The position numbers were made by a program, and so were the translations under genes. The notes beneath the pieces were generated by a model, which did no database searches, was not told where the DNA came from, and saw only the letters and a list, made by a program, of their open reading frames with translations. DNA of 64,000 bases from Octopus vulgaris (taxonomy: Eukaryota), in contig OX597815.1 in NCBI GenBank assembly GCA_951406725.2, positions 48,856,001 to 48,920,000 on the forward strand. Direction: 5' to 3'. This document shows, piece by piece, positions 28,429-42,112 of the stretch; the first letter of the stretch is position 1, and each line of letters begins with the position of its first letter.

Positions 28429-28638
28429 AGGCGCAGGAGTGGCTGTGTGGTAAGTAGCTTGCTAACCAACCACATGGTTCGGGGTTCAGTCCCACTGCAT
28501 GGCACCTTGGGCAAGTGTCTTCTGCTATAGCCCCGGGCCGACCAATGCCTTGTGAGTGGATTTGGTAGACGGAAACTGAAAGAAGCCTGCCCCAGCATGG
28601 CCACAGCTCATGAGCTGAAACTGGAAAAATCAAAATCA

Positions 28639-28707
<69 letters not shown>

Positions 28708-28913
28708 TGTGTGTGTGTTTGTCCCCCTAGCATTGCTTGACAACCAATGCTGGTGTGTTTACGTCCCCGTCACTTAGCGGTTCGGCAAAAGAGACCGATA
28801 GAATAAGTACTGGGCTTACAAAGAATAAGTCCCGGGGTCGAGTTGCTCGACTAAAGGCGGTGCTCCAGCATGGCCGCAGTCAACTGACTGAAACAAGTAA
28901 AAGAGTAAAGAGT
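28429..28913 (+). mobile_element. SINE A with a short variant-tail insert at 28588-28639
   Basis: Full head and tail, with an extra CCCCAGCATGGCCACAGCTCATGAGCTGAAAC...(AAAATC)2 placed before the spacer. Confidence 0.88.
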
Positions 28914-28949
28914 ATATGTATATGTATGCATATACATACATAATATAAA

Positions 28950-28991
<42 letters not shown>

Positions 28992-28995
<4 letters not shown>

Positions 28996-29360
28996 TTCAT
29001 CGTCTCGACTTAACAACTCTCATCGTTTGTTTTTACTGTGTTATTTTCCTTGTCCTGTCTTTTACTGTTTTTATTTGTTTTGTTTTTACTGTCCTGTTCT
29101 TGTTACCACTTTTACCCTGCCGCAAAAAATTCCAAATTTTATTTAATTTGCCTAGCGGGAAGGACTGTTTCAACGAAGTCGCGTCTTGTCCTTACCTTCG
29201 AATCGCGGAGTAGCCGAAACAGGGACAACTGAAGAAGGGGAATATTCCTTGTGTACTCTGTTTTTTCGTTGTTTGAAAAAAGTCCGTTTCCATGTTTTTG
29301 TTTTTATGTTTCCGTTTCTCATTGTGTTCAACGTTTTTATTTTGGTGTCCTGTACCCATA
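28992..29360 (+). mobile_element. T-rich element between (TA)n arrays; probable Penelope-like 3' fragment
   Basis: Contains AGCCGAAA...ACTGAAGA, as in the 12865 repeat, and a similar AACGTTTT...GTCC..CCA end. An inverted copy of its terminus lies at 29573-29605. Confidence 0.45.
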
Positions 29361-29439
29361 TATGCATGCATATATACATATAGATGTAGGTATGTACATA
29401 TATATATGTATATATGCATATGTTTATATGTTATTTTAT

Positions 29440-29506
<67 letters not shown>

Positions 29507-29537
29507 TCATATATACATATATAATTGTACATACATA

Positions 29538-29577
<40 letters not shown>

Positions 29578-29665
29578 TATATGGGTACAGGACGTCACAA
29601 AACGTCATAAACACACCAACACCAGTTGTCAAGTTGTAGTGGGGGGAGGAAACTCAGACGCGAAG

Positions 29666-29789
<124 letters not shown>

Positions 29790-30007
29790 GGGGGGGGTGC
29801 TTCTTATAGTTCCCGTCTACCAAGTCCACTCACAAGGCTTCGATCGCTCCGAAGGCTACAGTAGAAGGCATTTGCTCAATGGTGCCACGCAGCGGTACAG
29901 AACCGGAATTAGGTGCTTGGGAAGCAAACTCGTTATCACACAGCCACGCATGTATATAACATGAATACTGCATGCATATACACACAAGCACGCACACACA
30001 AATCTTC

Positions 30008-30069
<62 letters not shown>

Positions 30070-30371
30070 CATCGTTAAGTAGAATATCCCGACTTTCTAT
30101 TACGAGTATTAATTTCGCTATAATTGCCTTCTTAAGTGACGTGACGTAATATCTGCTATTCCTTTCTTATGTATTGATTAGTTTATTTTTTTAAAGAATC
30201 AATAAATGAACCCACTCCCGCATATGTTTTAAGAGCCATTTTATGGCGAGACTAATTGTTCTAATATATAGACGCAATATCCATGTGTGTGCTTGTGGGG
30301 GTGGTGTGCGTGTGTGGAGTTAAAGAGAATAATAACTGCAGTAGAAAGAACTGGTTTTCAATATCGGCAGA

Positions 30372-30912
30372 AAGGCAGTGAGCTGGCAGAATCGTTTGCG
30401 AGTCGGACAATATGAGTGGCGGCATTTCTTCCGGTTCTTTTCCGTTTTGAGATCAAATTCCGCCGACATCAATTGTACCTTTTATCTTCTCAAGGTCGAT
30501 GAAATGAGTACCATTCGAGCATCTCATCCCCAAATTTCAGACCTGGTGCTTAATAGTACAAAGGATTATTATTGTTATAAAGGTGAGGGCTGACTGTGGA
30601 ATCGGTAGAGTACAGGACAAAAAGCTGAGTCAGCATTTTGTAACAGCCGTATAAGTTTCGAGTTCAAATCAAATGCTGGCGAGATAGAGTTTCGCCCTGA
30701 TATTTCCCGGGATTGGTGGTTTAAATAATTGATTTCAAATTTTGGAACAAAATCGACTACATCGACCCCAATCTTCAACTTATATTTATTTTATCGACCA
30801 CTGGAAGGATAAAAGGCAAAGTCGACCTCGGCGGAAATTGAACTCAAAACCAGTAGACAGACGAAATGCCGCTAAGCATTTGTTCCGGTGAGCTAACAGT
30901 TCTGCCAGCTCA
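30372..30912. mobile_element. Cluster of degenerate SINE C2 copies in both orientations
   Basis: Plus copies at ~30372-30575 and ~30580-30700; minus copy at ~30725-30912. Confidence 0.75.
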
Positions 30913-31169
30913 CAATCTTCGTGGTTCAGATTATTAAAACTTTCGTTTATTTCAAAATTTCTCTACATTCATACCAAACAGAAATTTTCCCAAATACGTA
31001 CTTTGTAAGAGTAATTAGTTATTCTTATAGCGCTATTCAGCAAGTTGCAAAATTAAAATTGCAGATTTGAGATTGTAGATTTTGATGTTACTAAAAATTG
31101 TTTAAGCCGGTGCGCTTCGATCTTCTTTGACCATTGGAAATTCTTACAAATAACTTTGTTAGTGTAATC

Positions 31170-31204
<35 letters not shown>

Positions 31205-31209
<5 letters not shown>

Positions 31210-31720
31210 TATATATAAAACTCTAGTTGTGTGAGTGTCTGTCCCCTTCGATTTAGATTCCTAACTCCTCCCACATTTTGCGGTGCAGTTTAACCAAATT
31301 CGGGTATCTTATAGTCGTGATTCATATCGAGCCCGTCTGACTATTAGCGCGCGTCAACGATGAGTCTACGATTTTAAAAATAATTTAACATCATTTTTTA
31401 TTCCATTTTAATGCATAAAATGCATCGTGTGTCGATGGCGGCGGAGTTGGCGTCCATGGTCACACCTGCACCTGTGTTGCTTTTCCCCCTTCTTCCCTCT
31501 CTCGTGAAGCTGTGGGGAAGGGAGTGTAAGGAAATCAACGTTGCAAAGCGTTGTCAAGGAGACCAGCGTTCTTTTAGAACAACGACTTCATGGCTTGAAG
31601 ACACCAAAACAGAAATGGCTAAGAAAGCCCGAATTGGCATCTATAAGGGAAGTAACTCTCTAAAAATACTTATATAGTTATTTCCCTTACAAACCCGAGC
31701 AACGCCGGGCGATACTGCTA

Positions 31721-31721
<1 letters not shown>
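31205..31721 (+). mobile_element. Non-autonomous Helitron
   Basis: 3' GC-rich hairpin CCCGAGCAACGCCGGG, short spacer, then CTAG followed by T. The 5' end TATATATATAAAA...GTGTCTGTC merges with (TA)n, so the start is approximate. Confidence 0.75.
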
Positions 31722-31764
<43 letters not shown>

Positions 31765-31767
<3 letters not shown>

Positions 31768-32088
31768 AGGGGATTCCCTTGGGATTGCACCTAGAAAGTT
31801 ACCCTCCCAGGCACAAGTTCGGGCAAGGTTGTTTATGGAAGGCCAGCAGTTGCCCATGCAAAAAGGCCTCCCCTCTCCACACCACCGATGTTATCCAAGG
31901 GAAAAACAAAGGCCGATACAGCTTGGCACCAGTGACATCGCAACTCATTTCAGCAGCTGAGTGAACTGGAGCAATGTGAAATAAAGTGTCTTGCTCAAGA
32001 ACAGAATACGCAACCCGGTCCGGGAATCGAACTCACAACCTCACGATCGTAAGCCCGACGCTCTAACAACTGAGCCATGCGTCTTCAC
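31765..32088 (-). mobile_element. SINE B with a third tail type (B3)
   Basis: Head GTGAAGACGCATGGCTCAGTTGTTAGAGC...GAGTTCGATTCC and shared TTGCTCCAGTTCACTCAGCTG body, followed by an unrelated tail. Confidence 0.82.
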
Positions 32089-32941
32089 ACACACACACAA
32101 ACACACGTACGTACGTGCGTATGCATGTATGTATGTATGTATGCATGTATGTATGTATGTATGTATGTATGTATGTATGTATGTATGTATGTATGTATGT
32201 ATGCATGTATAAGTTACACGTATACTTTAATGCTTTGGTTAGACAGTACAGGTGACATTAAGTTGCAAGAATATTACAGACACATGCATGGCTGTATCGT
32301 AAAGAAATTCAGTTCGTAAACACAGGATTTCGGGTTCAATCTCACAACGCGGCTCTTTGGGGCAAGTGTCTTTTATGGCAATACCTGTCGGTGTCTTGTA
32401 ACTAAATTTGGTAGACGAAAACTGTGGAAGGGAATAGCGTGTGTGTGTGTGTGTGTGTGCGCGCGTCTTTCCACAGTTTTACAACCGGTATTGGTTTATT
32501 TACGTCTCCGTAGCTTAGCGGTTCAGTAAAAGAGACTAATACCAGAGCAAGTATCCGACTTAAAACTGAAAACAATCACTGTGATCGATTTGTTTGATTA
32601 GCAATGTTCAGGGCGATGCTCCAGCATGGTCGCAATCCAAAGCGCTGAGACAAGTAACAGATTAAGTTAAAAGAAAGTGTATGCCCCATTATTTCATCAT
32701 AATTATTGCACATGATGGTTGCCCTCTCGGTAAGCAGGTGCTTTGTCCAAACTAATTAGCAATCTCCATCTCATTAGTGGAAAGCTCAAGGACGAAATCG
32801 TAAGTTAATATTTGCCAGATTGAGTTATAGACCGAGAAACTCGGATTATACACTTGTTGAAATCCCAGTTCTTCGACTGTTATTGTACACACACACGCAC
32901 GCACCCACATACATACACACATACATGTACAAGCATATATC

Positions 32942-33004
<63 letters not shown>

Positions 33005-33171
33005 GTCTAACTATCTATCTATCTATCTATCCATATATGTATACATTTATATGCATATATTTGTGTGTGTGTGTATACACATCTATATGTATACGTGCAA
33101 ACATATACACACGCACATATATATATACATGTTTTTACCAATATATATATATATACATATATGTGTGTGTG

Positions 33172-33203
<32 letters not shown>

Positions 33204-33230
33204 TATATAAATACATACACGTATGTCTTT

Positions 33231-33392
33231 GCACCTTTATTAATTAAGCATATTACTCTACCTCCGGTATTCGAGTGCTGTCTTGCCACCTTGTTTAACA
33301 TATATGAGCTTACTCTGGTATTCCTTTCCTGAACGTCTGATAATACAGTACCACTTTTTTTCTTGCTTGTTCTACTTGGTTTGGATTCACTA
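33231..33392 (+). mobile_element. Chimeric Penelope-like fragment ending at (TA)n
   Basis: The 5' part matches the reverse complement of 25400-25490 (AAGCATATTACTCTACC). The 3' part matches 48412-48510 (TTTCCTGARCGTC..ATAATAC...GTTTGGATTMACTATA). Confidence 0.55.
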
Positions 33393-33546
33393 TATATATA
33401 TTAGCGGTTCGGCAAAATAAACCGATAGAATAAGTACTGGGCTTACAAAGAATAAGTCCCGGGGTCGATTTGCTCGACTAAAGGCGGTGCTCCAGCATGG
33501 CCGCAGTCAAAATGACTGAAACAAGTAAAAGAATAAGAATAAAAGA

Positions 33547-33577
<31 letters not shown>

Positions 33578-33727
33578 CATATCATATATATATACATATA
33601 CTTACATATATACATATATATACTTATATACATTTAAATTTAATAAGGGTAGAAATTGATATTAATCAATTAAAACCAGTGGCCCAGAATCTTCGGATTA
33701 TACTTATATACATATATATATATATAA

Positions 33728-33770
<43 letters not shown>

Positions 33771-33790
33771 TATATGTATATATACACATG

Positions 33791-33821
<31 letters not shown>

Positions 33822-33912
33822 GTGTATATACACATGTATATACACATATATATACATATATATATATACTTACATATATACATATTTATACATATTTATA
33901 TATATGCATATA

Positions 33913-34272
33913 TGTGGAAGCACTCCGTCGGTTACGACGACGAGGGTTGATCCGATCAACGGAACGTGTAAGTGGCTGAGCACTCCACAGACACGTGTAC
34001 CCTTAACGTAGTTCTCGGGGATATTCAGCGTGAAACTGAGAGTGACAAGGCCGGCCCTTTGAAATACAGGTACAACAGAAACAGGAAGTAAGAGTGAGAG
34101 AAAGTTGTGGTGAAAGAGTACAGCAGGGATCACCACCATCTCTGCCGGAGACTCGTGGAGCTTTAGGTGTTTTCGCTCAATAAACACTCACAACGCCCGG
34201 TCTGGGAATCGAAACCGCGACCCTACGACCGCGAGTCCGCTGCCCTAACCACTGGGCCATTGCGCCTCCACA
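33913..34272 (-). mobile_element. Full-length tRNA-derived SINE (B-like head, different body, B1 tail), 10-bp TSD
   Basis: Head TGTGGAGGCGCAATGGCCCAGTGGTTAGGGC...GGTTTCGATTCCC. TATGCATATA at 33903-33912 and 34273-34282, although this is low-complexity. Confidence 0.9.
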
Positions 34273-34298
34273 TATGCATATATATATACATATATAAA

Positions 34299-34334
<36 letters not shown>

Positions 34335-34511
34335 CATACATATATATATACATATATATACAAGCATATATAAGCACATATATACATACACACACACACA
34401 CACACACATATATGCATATTTACATATACATATATATACATATATATATACATATAAATATAAATATATATATACATATATATGCACATATATATATACA
34501 TATATATACAC

Positions 34512-34545
<34 letters not shown>

Positions 34546-34573
34546 CTATATATGTATGCACACACACACGCGC

Positions 34574-34612
<39 letters not shown>

Positions 34613-34773
34613 CGTATCTCAAGTTTGTAACTTTGAAGTCACTAGCACCATACTTTTGTAAAGTTAAATAAACATGTATACTGTTATAAGTATTAAAAAA
34701 GTTTTTGTATATTACGTGATATAAAAAAAAGACAAATATATGTCTGTCTGTGAGTGTATGTATATACATACGT

Positions 34774-34813
<40 letters not shown>

Positions 34814-35148
34814 ACACACAACCCTATCGCAGGACAGAGGAAGAAAAAAATGTTTAAACGTAAGAGGGATAAATTAAACCAAACACATACACACATACAT
34901 GCACGCACGTACACACACACAAACACAAACTCACATAAACCTACATACGCACAACTACGTGTATTCGAAACACTGCACCCACCCTCTTTCCTCTTCCTAC
35001 ACATCCTGCCCTTACTCCTCTTTTTCTTGCCCGTATTTGTGGGGCAAGGGAGGGCATTTTGCAACCGTGGAGATTACACAGCTGTCCTTCATTTATTAAT
35101 TTTACGCTCACTTTTGGTGTTACTGTTCTGTTACGTGTTCTTACATAC

Positions 35149-35239
<91 letters not shown>

Positions 35240-35512
35240 CATATATAAATGACTGAATCATATACAAAATAATAGAATATATATAAAATATATATATATA
35301 TATATATATGTGTGTATATATATATGTGTGTGTGTATGTATGTATACATACATACATATATATATATACACACACACACATATATATATGGCGGGGCTGT
35401 ATGGCGGCGCTGGCATGACAGTGGGGTAAGAAGCTTGCTTCTCAACCACATGGTCCCCAATGTGTGACACCTTGGCCAAATGTCTTATGCAGAGCCATGT
35501 AAAATATATATG

Positions 35513-35576
<64 letters not shown>

Positions 35577-35861
35577 ATATATATATATCATACACACACA
35601 AACATACATATATACGTACATAAAATATTAATTTTAGCTTTGTATGTGTGTCTCTGTGCCTATCTTTCTCCCCTACCACCGCTTGTTCTCGTCCACGTAA
35701 ATAGCAGTTCAACAAAATGGATCGATGGAACAAGTACCAGGCTTTAAAGACACGTTCTGGGGTCGATTTATTAGACTATAATTGTTCATGGCCGCAGTCT
35801 AATGACTGAAACAAATGAAAGATGACACACACGCATACACACATATATATGTATATATATG

Positions 35862-35892
<31 letters not shown>

Positions 35893-35939
35893 ATACACAC
35901 TCACAAACATACATGATGCATAGACACACGTACATACAA

Positions 35940-36320
35940 CTCTTTTACTTGTTTCCTTCATTTAACCGCGGGTCATGCTGGAGCATCGCCTTTTGGTCGA
36001 ACAATTCTACCCCAGAACTAATTCTTCGTAAGCCTAGTACTTATTCCATCGGTCTCTTTTGCAGAACTGCTAAGTTACGGGGACGTAAACACACCAACAT
36101 CAGAACATCAGTTGTCACGCGATGGTCGGGTGACAAACACAGACACGCAAACATATATATATATATACATACGACGGGCTTTTTTCAGTTTCTATCTACC
36201 AAATCCACTCACAAGGCTTTGGTCGTCCCGTGGGTATAGTAGAAGACACTTGCCTAATGCGCCATGCAGTGGGACTGAACTCAGAACCATGTGGTTAGGA
36301 AGCAAGCTTCTTACTACACA
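35940..36320 (-). mobile_element. SINE A
   Basis: Reverse-complement tail, spacer and head. Confidence 0.88.
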
Positions 36321-36600
36321 TGTGTGTGTTTGTTTAATAAGTTTTCGTCGTCGTCGTATAAGTCAACTATAAATTTCTATTGCTTTTAATATTTCGAAGT
36401 AGTTTATTCTACGTCAGCTGCAACACACCTGTCCCATGATATACACATATATACACACATGCATATATACACACATACACATATACATAAGTACGTACAC
36501 AGACACACACGGAATCCTCATTCATATACACATACATGCTCATAAAAATATGCATATACATACATACATACATACATACATACATACATACATACATACA

Positions 36601-36636
<36 letters not shown>

Positions 36637-36867
36637 TACACACACACAAACCTATATACATATGTTTATGTGTACATGCATACTTCATAAACAGTAACGC
36701 ACACATACGTATATATTTCTATCTATGTGCATATGCGTACAAATGTGTAAGTTTATGTACTTGTAGGTATTATGTGTATTTAGAACTCCGTTCTCCACGC
36801 TCTCTGTCTCTATCTGTGTGTCTGTCTCTCACACACAAACATACATACATGCACTCACTCGTTTTCA

Positions 36868-36932
<65 letters not shown>

Positions 36933-37542
36933 CACACAAGCTCTAATTTTTTCCGTTCTCTCACTTTCGAAAACTCACACACACGCATTCACATAAACAC
37001 ACACATTCTCCGCAAATACGCACACGCATAGATACACTTGTACACACGTACACTCTCACTCATTCTCCTCCACACACACATCCTATCTGTCCCTAACTCA
37101 TACTCCCTATGATTACTATTTTTATCTCCACCTCTTCTTCCTAACCTTATCCACGGCCGCCACCACTATCACCCAATATACATGTTACACTTTCTTTTTC
37201 ACTTCTTTTCTTTCTTTCGTCATACCACCAGTTCATTTTCTCTCTCTCTCTCTCTCTCCCTCGGTCTTCTTCTGTCTCTCTTTCCGTCTCCTCCTGTCTC
37301 TGTCTTTCTCTCTCTCTCTTTCACTCTCTCCTGCGTCTTCAAAACAGTCTGTCGTCAACACCTTCTACTCCTCTTCCTCATCCCTTTACTCTTTCTTATC
37401 CATCCCCTATACCTCCTACTATCATACAACCAGTGACACTCCCCATCCTCTATCACATCACCTCACCTTCACCACCTTGCCATACCAAGAGACAGACAGA
37501 TAGACATACAGTCATTAATGTATATATATATATATATATATC

Positions 37543-37584
<42 letters not shown>

Positions 37585-37585
37585 A

Positions 37586-37648
<63 letters not shown>

Positions 37649-38028
37649 CAGGGAGGGAGAAGGTCAAAAACGTCAGCACAAATAAAAAAAGATGAAAAGT
37701 AAACAAAACAAAAATAAACAATAAGACTACCCCCTCCTTCCCTGTTACATTAGACAAAGTCATTTAATAGTAGCAGGCGTAGAGAAGCGTGCCTCTATAC
37801 ATACACACACACACACGTATATGATAAAGTTTTGTGTACATATACATTCATACATATATGCACACACACACGCGCATACACACACACACTTACACACAAC
37901 TGTGTTTACAGACACATGTGTTTGTGTATGTGCGCGTGTCATAAGCGCGTACATGCGTAAAGCGTTGCAAATTATGTGTGTATATTCAATGTTATATGTG
38001 CATGCGTGTGTGCTTATGACATGTATGA

Positions 38029-38076
<48 letters not shown>

Positions 38077-38459
38077 GTATGTATGTGTGAGTGCGTGTGT
38101 GTGTCTGAAAGGGAGAGAGAGAGAAAGAGAGACAGTTGTGCGGGTAGGCGGACGTTCACCAAGAGAATTTGAGTAGTGAAGTAATAACAAACAAAAAAAA
38201 GTGAAGAAAATTGACAAAAAAAAACACCGAAGAGAAATTAAAAACAAACAAAAAAATATATACACGGAGGTGGACCGAATATTTTTAAAAAGATTAAAAA
38301 AAAAACATGCAAAAAAAGTGGACGACAACCGAAGCTGATGACGACGACAGCGACTATAAGCAAGCACGCCCGCCACTATATCTATCATCGTCAGCACAGG
38401 CTCTGTGTGTGTGTGCGTGTGTGTGTCTGTGTGTGTGCGTGCGTGTGTAGATATATTCA

Positions 38460-38610
38460 TGTATGCAAATGTAAATAAGAACGGAGGAGGTGGGTGTGAT
38501 TACCAATGCCAAAACACTAACCAATCCCAGCATATAGTCAAGTTACTAGTAAACCGACCAGACCTCCACTACGTCCGCCTACTTATAAGCTCGCACGCGT
38601 CAGTCGGCAT
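38460..38610 (+). promoter_or_regulatory. Possible Pol II promoter
   Basis: ATGCAAAT (38463), GT-box (38489), CCAAT at 38503 and 38521, TATAAG (38584) and TCAGTC (38600), inside a ~4.4-kb stretch with no recognisable SINE. The TATA-Inr spacing is shorter than canonical. Confidence 0.25.
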
Positions 38611-38858
38611 TAATTCCTTTTATTATTATTTTTTTTTTACTTTTTGTCTTCTTTTCTTTTTACTGTTTCCTTCGTTTAAATCTAATGACAGAGAGAGAGA
38701 GAGAGAGAGAGAGAAAGAAAGATATGTAGAGAGACAAACAGAGAGAAAATAGTCTCAAGTTAAGTCAACACCAACAACTATAAAGCCAGTCGGTCTATTT
38801 TTTGTTTTTTATGTATTCATCATTACTATCTTCGTTGTCTTCCTCATCGTCACCATCC

Positions 38859-38985
38859 TTGTTGTTGTTGTTGTTGTTGTTCTTCTTCTTCTTCTGCTTC
38901 TTCTTCTTCTTCTTCTTCTTCTTCTTCTTCTTCTTCTTCTTCTTCTTCTTCTTCTTCTTCTTCTTCGTCGTCGTCGTCGTCGTCA
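38859..38985. repeat. Compound (GTT)n(CTT)n(CGT)n microsatellite
   Basis: Read directly from the sequence. Confidence 0.95.
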
Positions 38986-40171
38986 TTGCCGTCAGTTGCC
39001 CCCTCCTTCTACTCATTTCTTAACGACGCACTTTCCGTTTTACTCGTCCCCAACACCTCCAACTGTTACTAACACTTACTATATAATCGTGATAGTAGTG
39101 GTGGGTGTTTCATGCGAACATACACACGCATACACACGCACACACACGCACGCACACACACATACACATACATAATATTAGTGTGTGTGTGTGTGTGTTT
39201 ACATATAGCTATAGGTGTTATTGTATGTATAAGCTACTTCCATTCAGTACACAACTGTAACTACCACCTTCACACATTGTAACATAGGCACGCGTGCCGA
39301 TAGATACAACAGCTGTCAATCACAGTAGTTTAAGGCCGCCCGTGTGAGTGTGAGTGTGTCGTAAAGAGGGGGAGAGAGAAAAGGAAAGAGAAAGGCAGAG
39401 AGAGAGAGATGGAGAGAGCTGATAGACAGTTTGACGGAGGGGAGAGAGACTGAAGGAAAAATACAGTTAGAAAGAAAGAGAGAGAGAGAGAAAAAAAACT
39501 GGCGAAGACAGAGATGGAGTGACTGAAAGAAGAAAACATAAACAAAATCAAATAGAGAGAAAGGGAGGAGAGGGTGGGAGACAGATAGGCAGAGGGAAAG
39601 TTAGAAAGTGTGGGAGAGAGAAAGACAGGGTGAGGGAGAAAGTTGGATCTGTCACAGAGAGTGAGAGGCAGTGTTGGAGAGAGAGATGGGAGAAGTCAAG
39701 GGGGGGACAAGAGGTCTGTGAGAGAGGGTGAAAAAGAAGAGAGGAGGGTCAGGTGACGTGGTAAAAGCGATAGAGGCATATGTGTGTGTGTGTGTGTTTA
39801 AATAGAGATAGAATAAGAGAGTATATAGCAGCAGTCAACGACACAGAGGGAAAGACATACATACATGAGTGTGTGTGTGAGTGTGGATATTGTTCGACTT
39901 GATGTATGCATGTCTATGTGTACAAGTGTACGTGTGTGTCATATGTAGGTGCATACATGTGCATACATGTGCATATGTGTGTGTGTGTGTGAGAAACAGA
40001 GTAAATAATGAGATAGATACATAGAGGAAGAAAAGCTAAGGGGTGGAAAGTAATCAAAAGAGATAGAAAGACAAAAAGTGTAAAGTGTGTGTTTGAGAGA
40101 GAGAGAAAAAGTCGAACTTGGCAAAGAAAGAAAAGACTAAACAGAGAGAGACATGAATGGAGGTGGTGGCG

Positions 40172-40237
<66 letters not shown>

Positions 40238-40630
40238 GTACACACAAGTTTTAAAGACAGGGCGGCGAGGAATAATAATGCTGTCCATCTAATACTCCTC
40301 CTATAAACGACCGTAACTTGGACTTGCCTACAAAACTTTTTTGTTTTTCATTTTCTTTAAATCACACCTTCTTAACATTGCTAGCTATTAGAGATCTTGA
40401 CATGCATATGTTACTTCTATGCATGCATGTATGTATGCACGTATGTATATATGTATCTATGTATGTATGTATGTATTATGTATGCATGTATGTATGTATG
40501 TATGTATGTATGTATGCATGTAGGTATGTATGTATTAATGTATACATGTATGTATGTATGTATGTATATGTATGCGTGTATATGTGAGTATACATGCATA
40601 GATGCATGTGTGCATATAAATATACATGCA

Positions 40631-40685
<55 letters not shown>

Positions 40686-40686
40686 C

Positions 40687-40719
<33 letters not shown>

Positions 40720-41598
40720 ACACTTACATACACACACACATATATATATATGTATACTTGTGTGATGTGTATGTACGCGTGAAAATGTATGTATGGTAGG
40801 AAAACCCCGCCTTGCAACTACAAGGTCCCGTGTTCGAGTCCATCTGTGTGACAAAGTGGTAAAGTGTTTTAAGATAGGCCCGGGACTTCACAATCTTTTT
40901 GAACAATATTGGGTTGACTAAACACACACACACACGCACACACACACACACACACGCACATAGTTGTATAAATGAACGTGTGAAAATGTATGTGTGTGGT
41001 TTATGTATGGTTTAGTTAGAACTTTGCCTCGCAACCACGGGATCTCGCGTTCGATTCCACTGCAAGACTGGATAAATAGAAGTTGCCCGGAAGCTTGTCG
41101 GCTAGATTATACACTTGTTTAATATAAAGGTATAGCCATGTTATAGGCGTTTCTGTCAAAGAGTTACATTAAAGGTACACATATCAGTGGTATACTCGGC
41201 CATTCCACGTTAATTTAATAAAAGGGCAATTTCAGTTGATCACATAACTGAACACTCATTGCGGAAGCCAATGTGTGTGTGTGTGTGTGTGTGAATGATA
41301 TGTTTGGACGTATGTGCGTATTTTATTTTTATTTATATTTTGAAATATTGGTTTTTTTTCACTTGTTTCACTCATTGGATTGCGGCCAAGCTGGATCCCT
41401 GTTCTTTATGCTGGGGTACCGTTCTGAAGGGTTTTAGACGAACAAATCGATCTCAGGAATTTTTTTTTTTTAAAGTTTTGTACTTATTCTATTGCTAAGG
41501 ATCAGGGGCGTAAACAAACCGACAGCGGTTGTCAAGCGGTGGAGGAAGGTCAAACACGGGCAAGCATCTCTTTGGTAGACGGAATCTGTATGGAACAC

Positions 41599-41690
<92 letters not shown>

Positions 41691-41774
41691 GTTAATACAT
41701 TTCTTGTGCACGTCCTCATGTTGTCCATTTTTATTCGTTTATTTGAATTATTTGTTTATTTAAAGTGATTACAC

Positions 41775-41827
<53 letters not shown>

Positions 41828-41849
41828 CACACACACACACACGCACACA

Positions 41850-42112
41850 CAGGGTGTTCAATAAGTTTCTCCGCAAGTAGGAATTTTGTTGCAAAATAAA
41901 TATTTACAAGATGGTATAAGACTACAAAAGAATATATGAGACTTTACAAGACTTTAAAAAACTTTATAAGAGGTGTTGAAAGTGTCGTCCTTCATTTTTC
42001 AATATATAAGTTGATTCTTCTACACATATTTTGAAATACATCTTGGAGAGTCTGAATCTTGGAGAGTCAGGATGAGAAAAATTCACTGCAGAGAGACTTT
42101 TTGAACACCCTG
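41850..42112. mobile_element. Tc1/mariner-type MITE (CAGGGTG ends)
   Basis: CAGGGTGTTCAATAAGTTTCTCCGCA versus reverse-complement CAGGGTGTTCAAAAAGTCTCTCTGCA. Confidence 0.82.

Noticed and set aside
36382-36420. Minus-strand CTGACGT...TTCGAAAT hammerhead-like string
   Set aside because: The core is mismatched, stem II is only 3 bp, and there is no convincing stem I.
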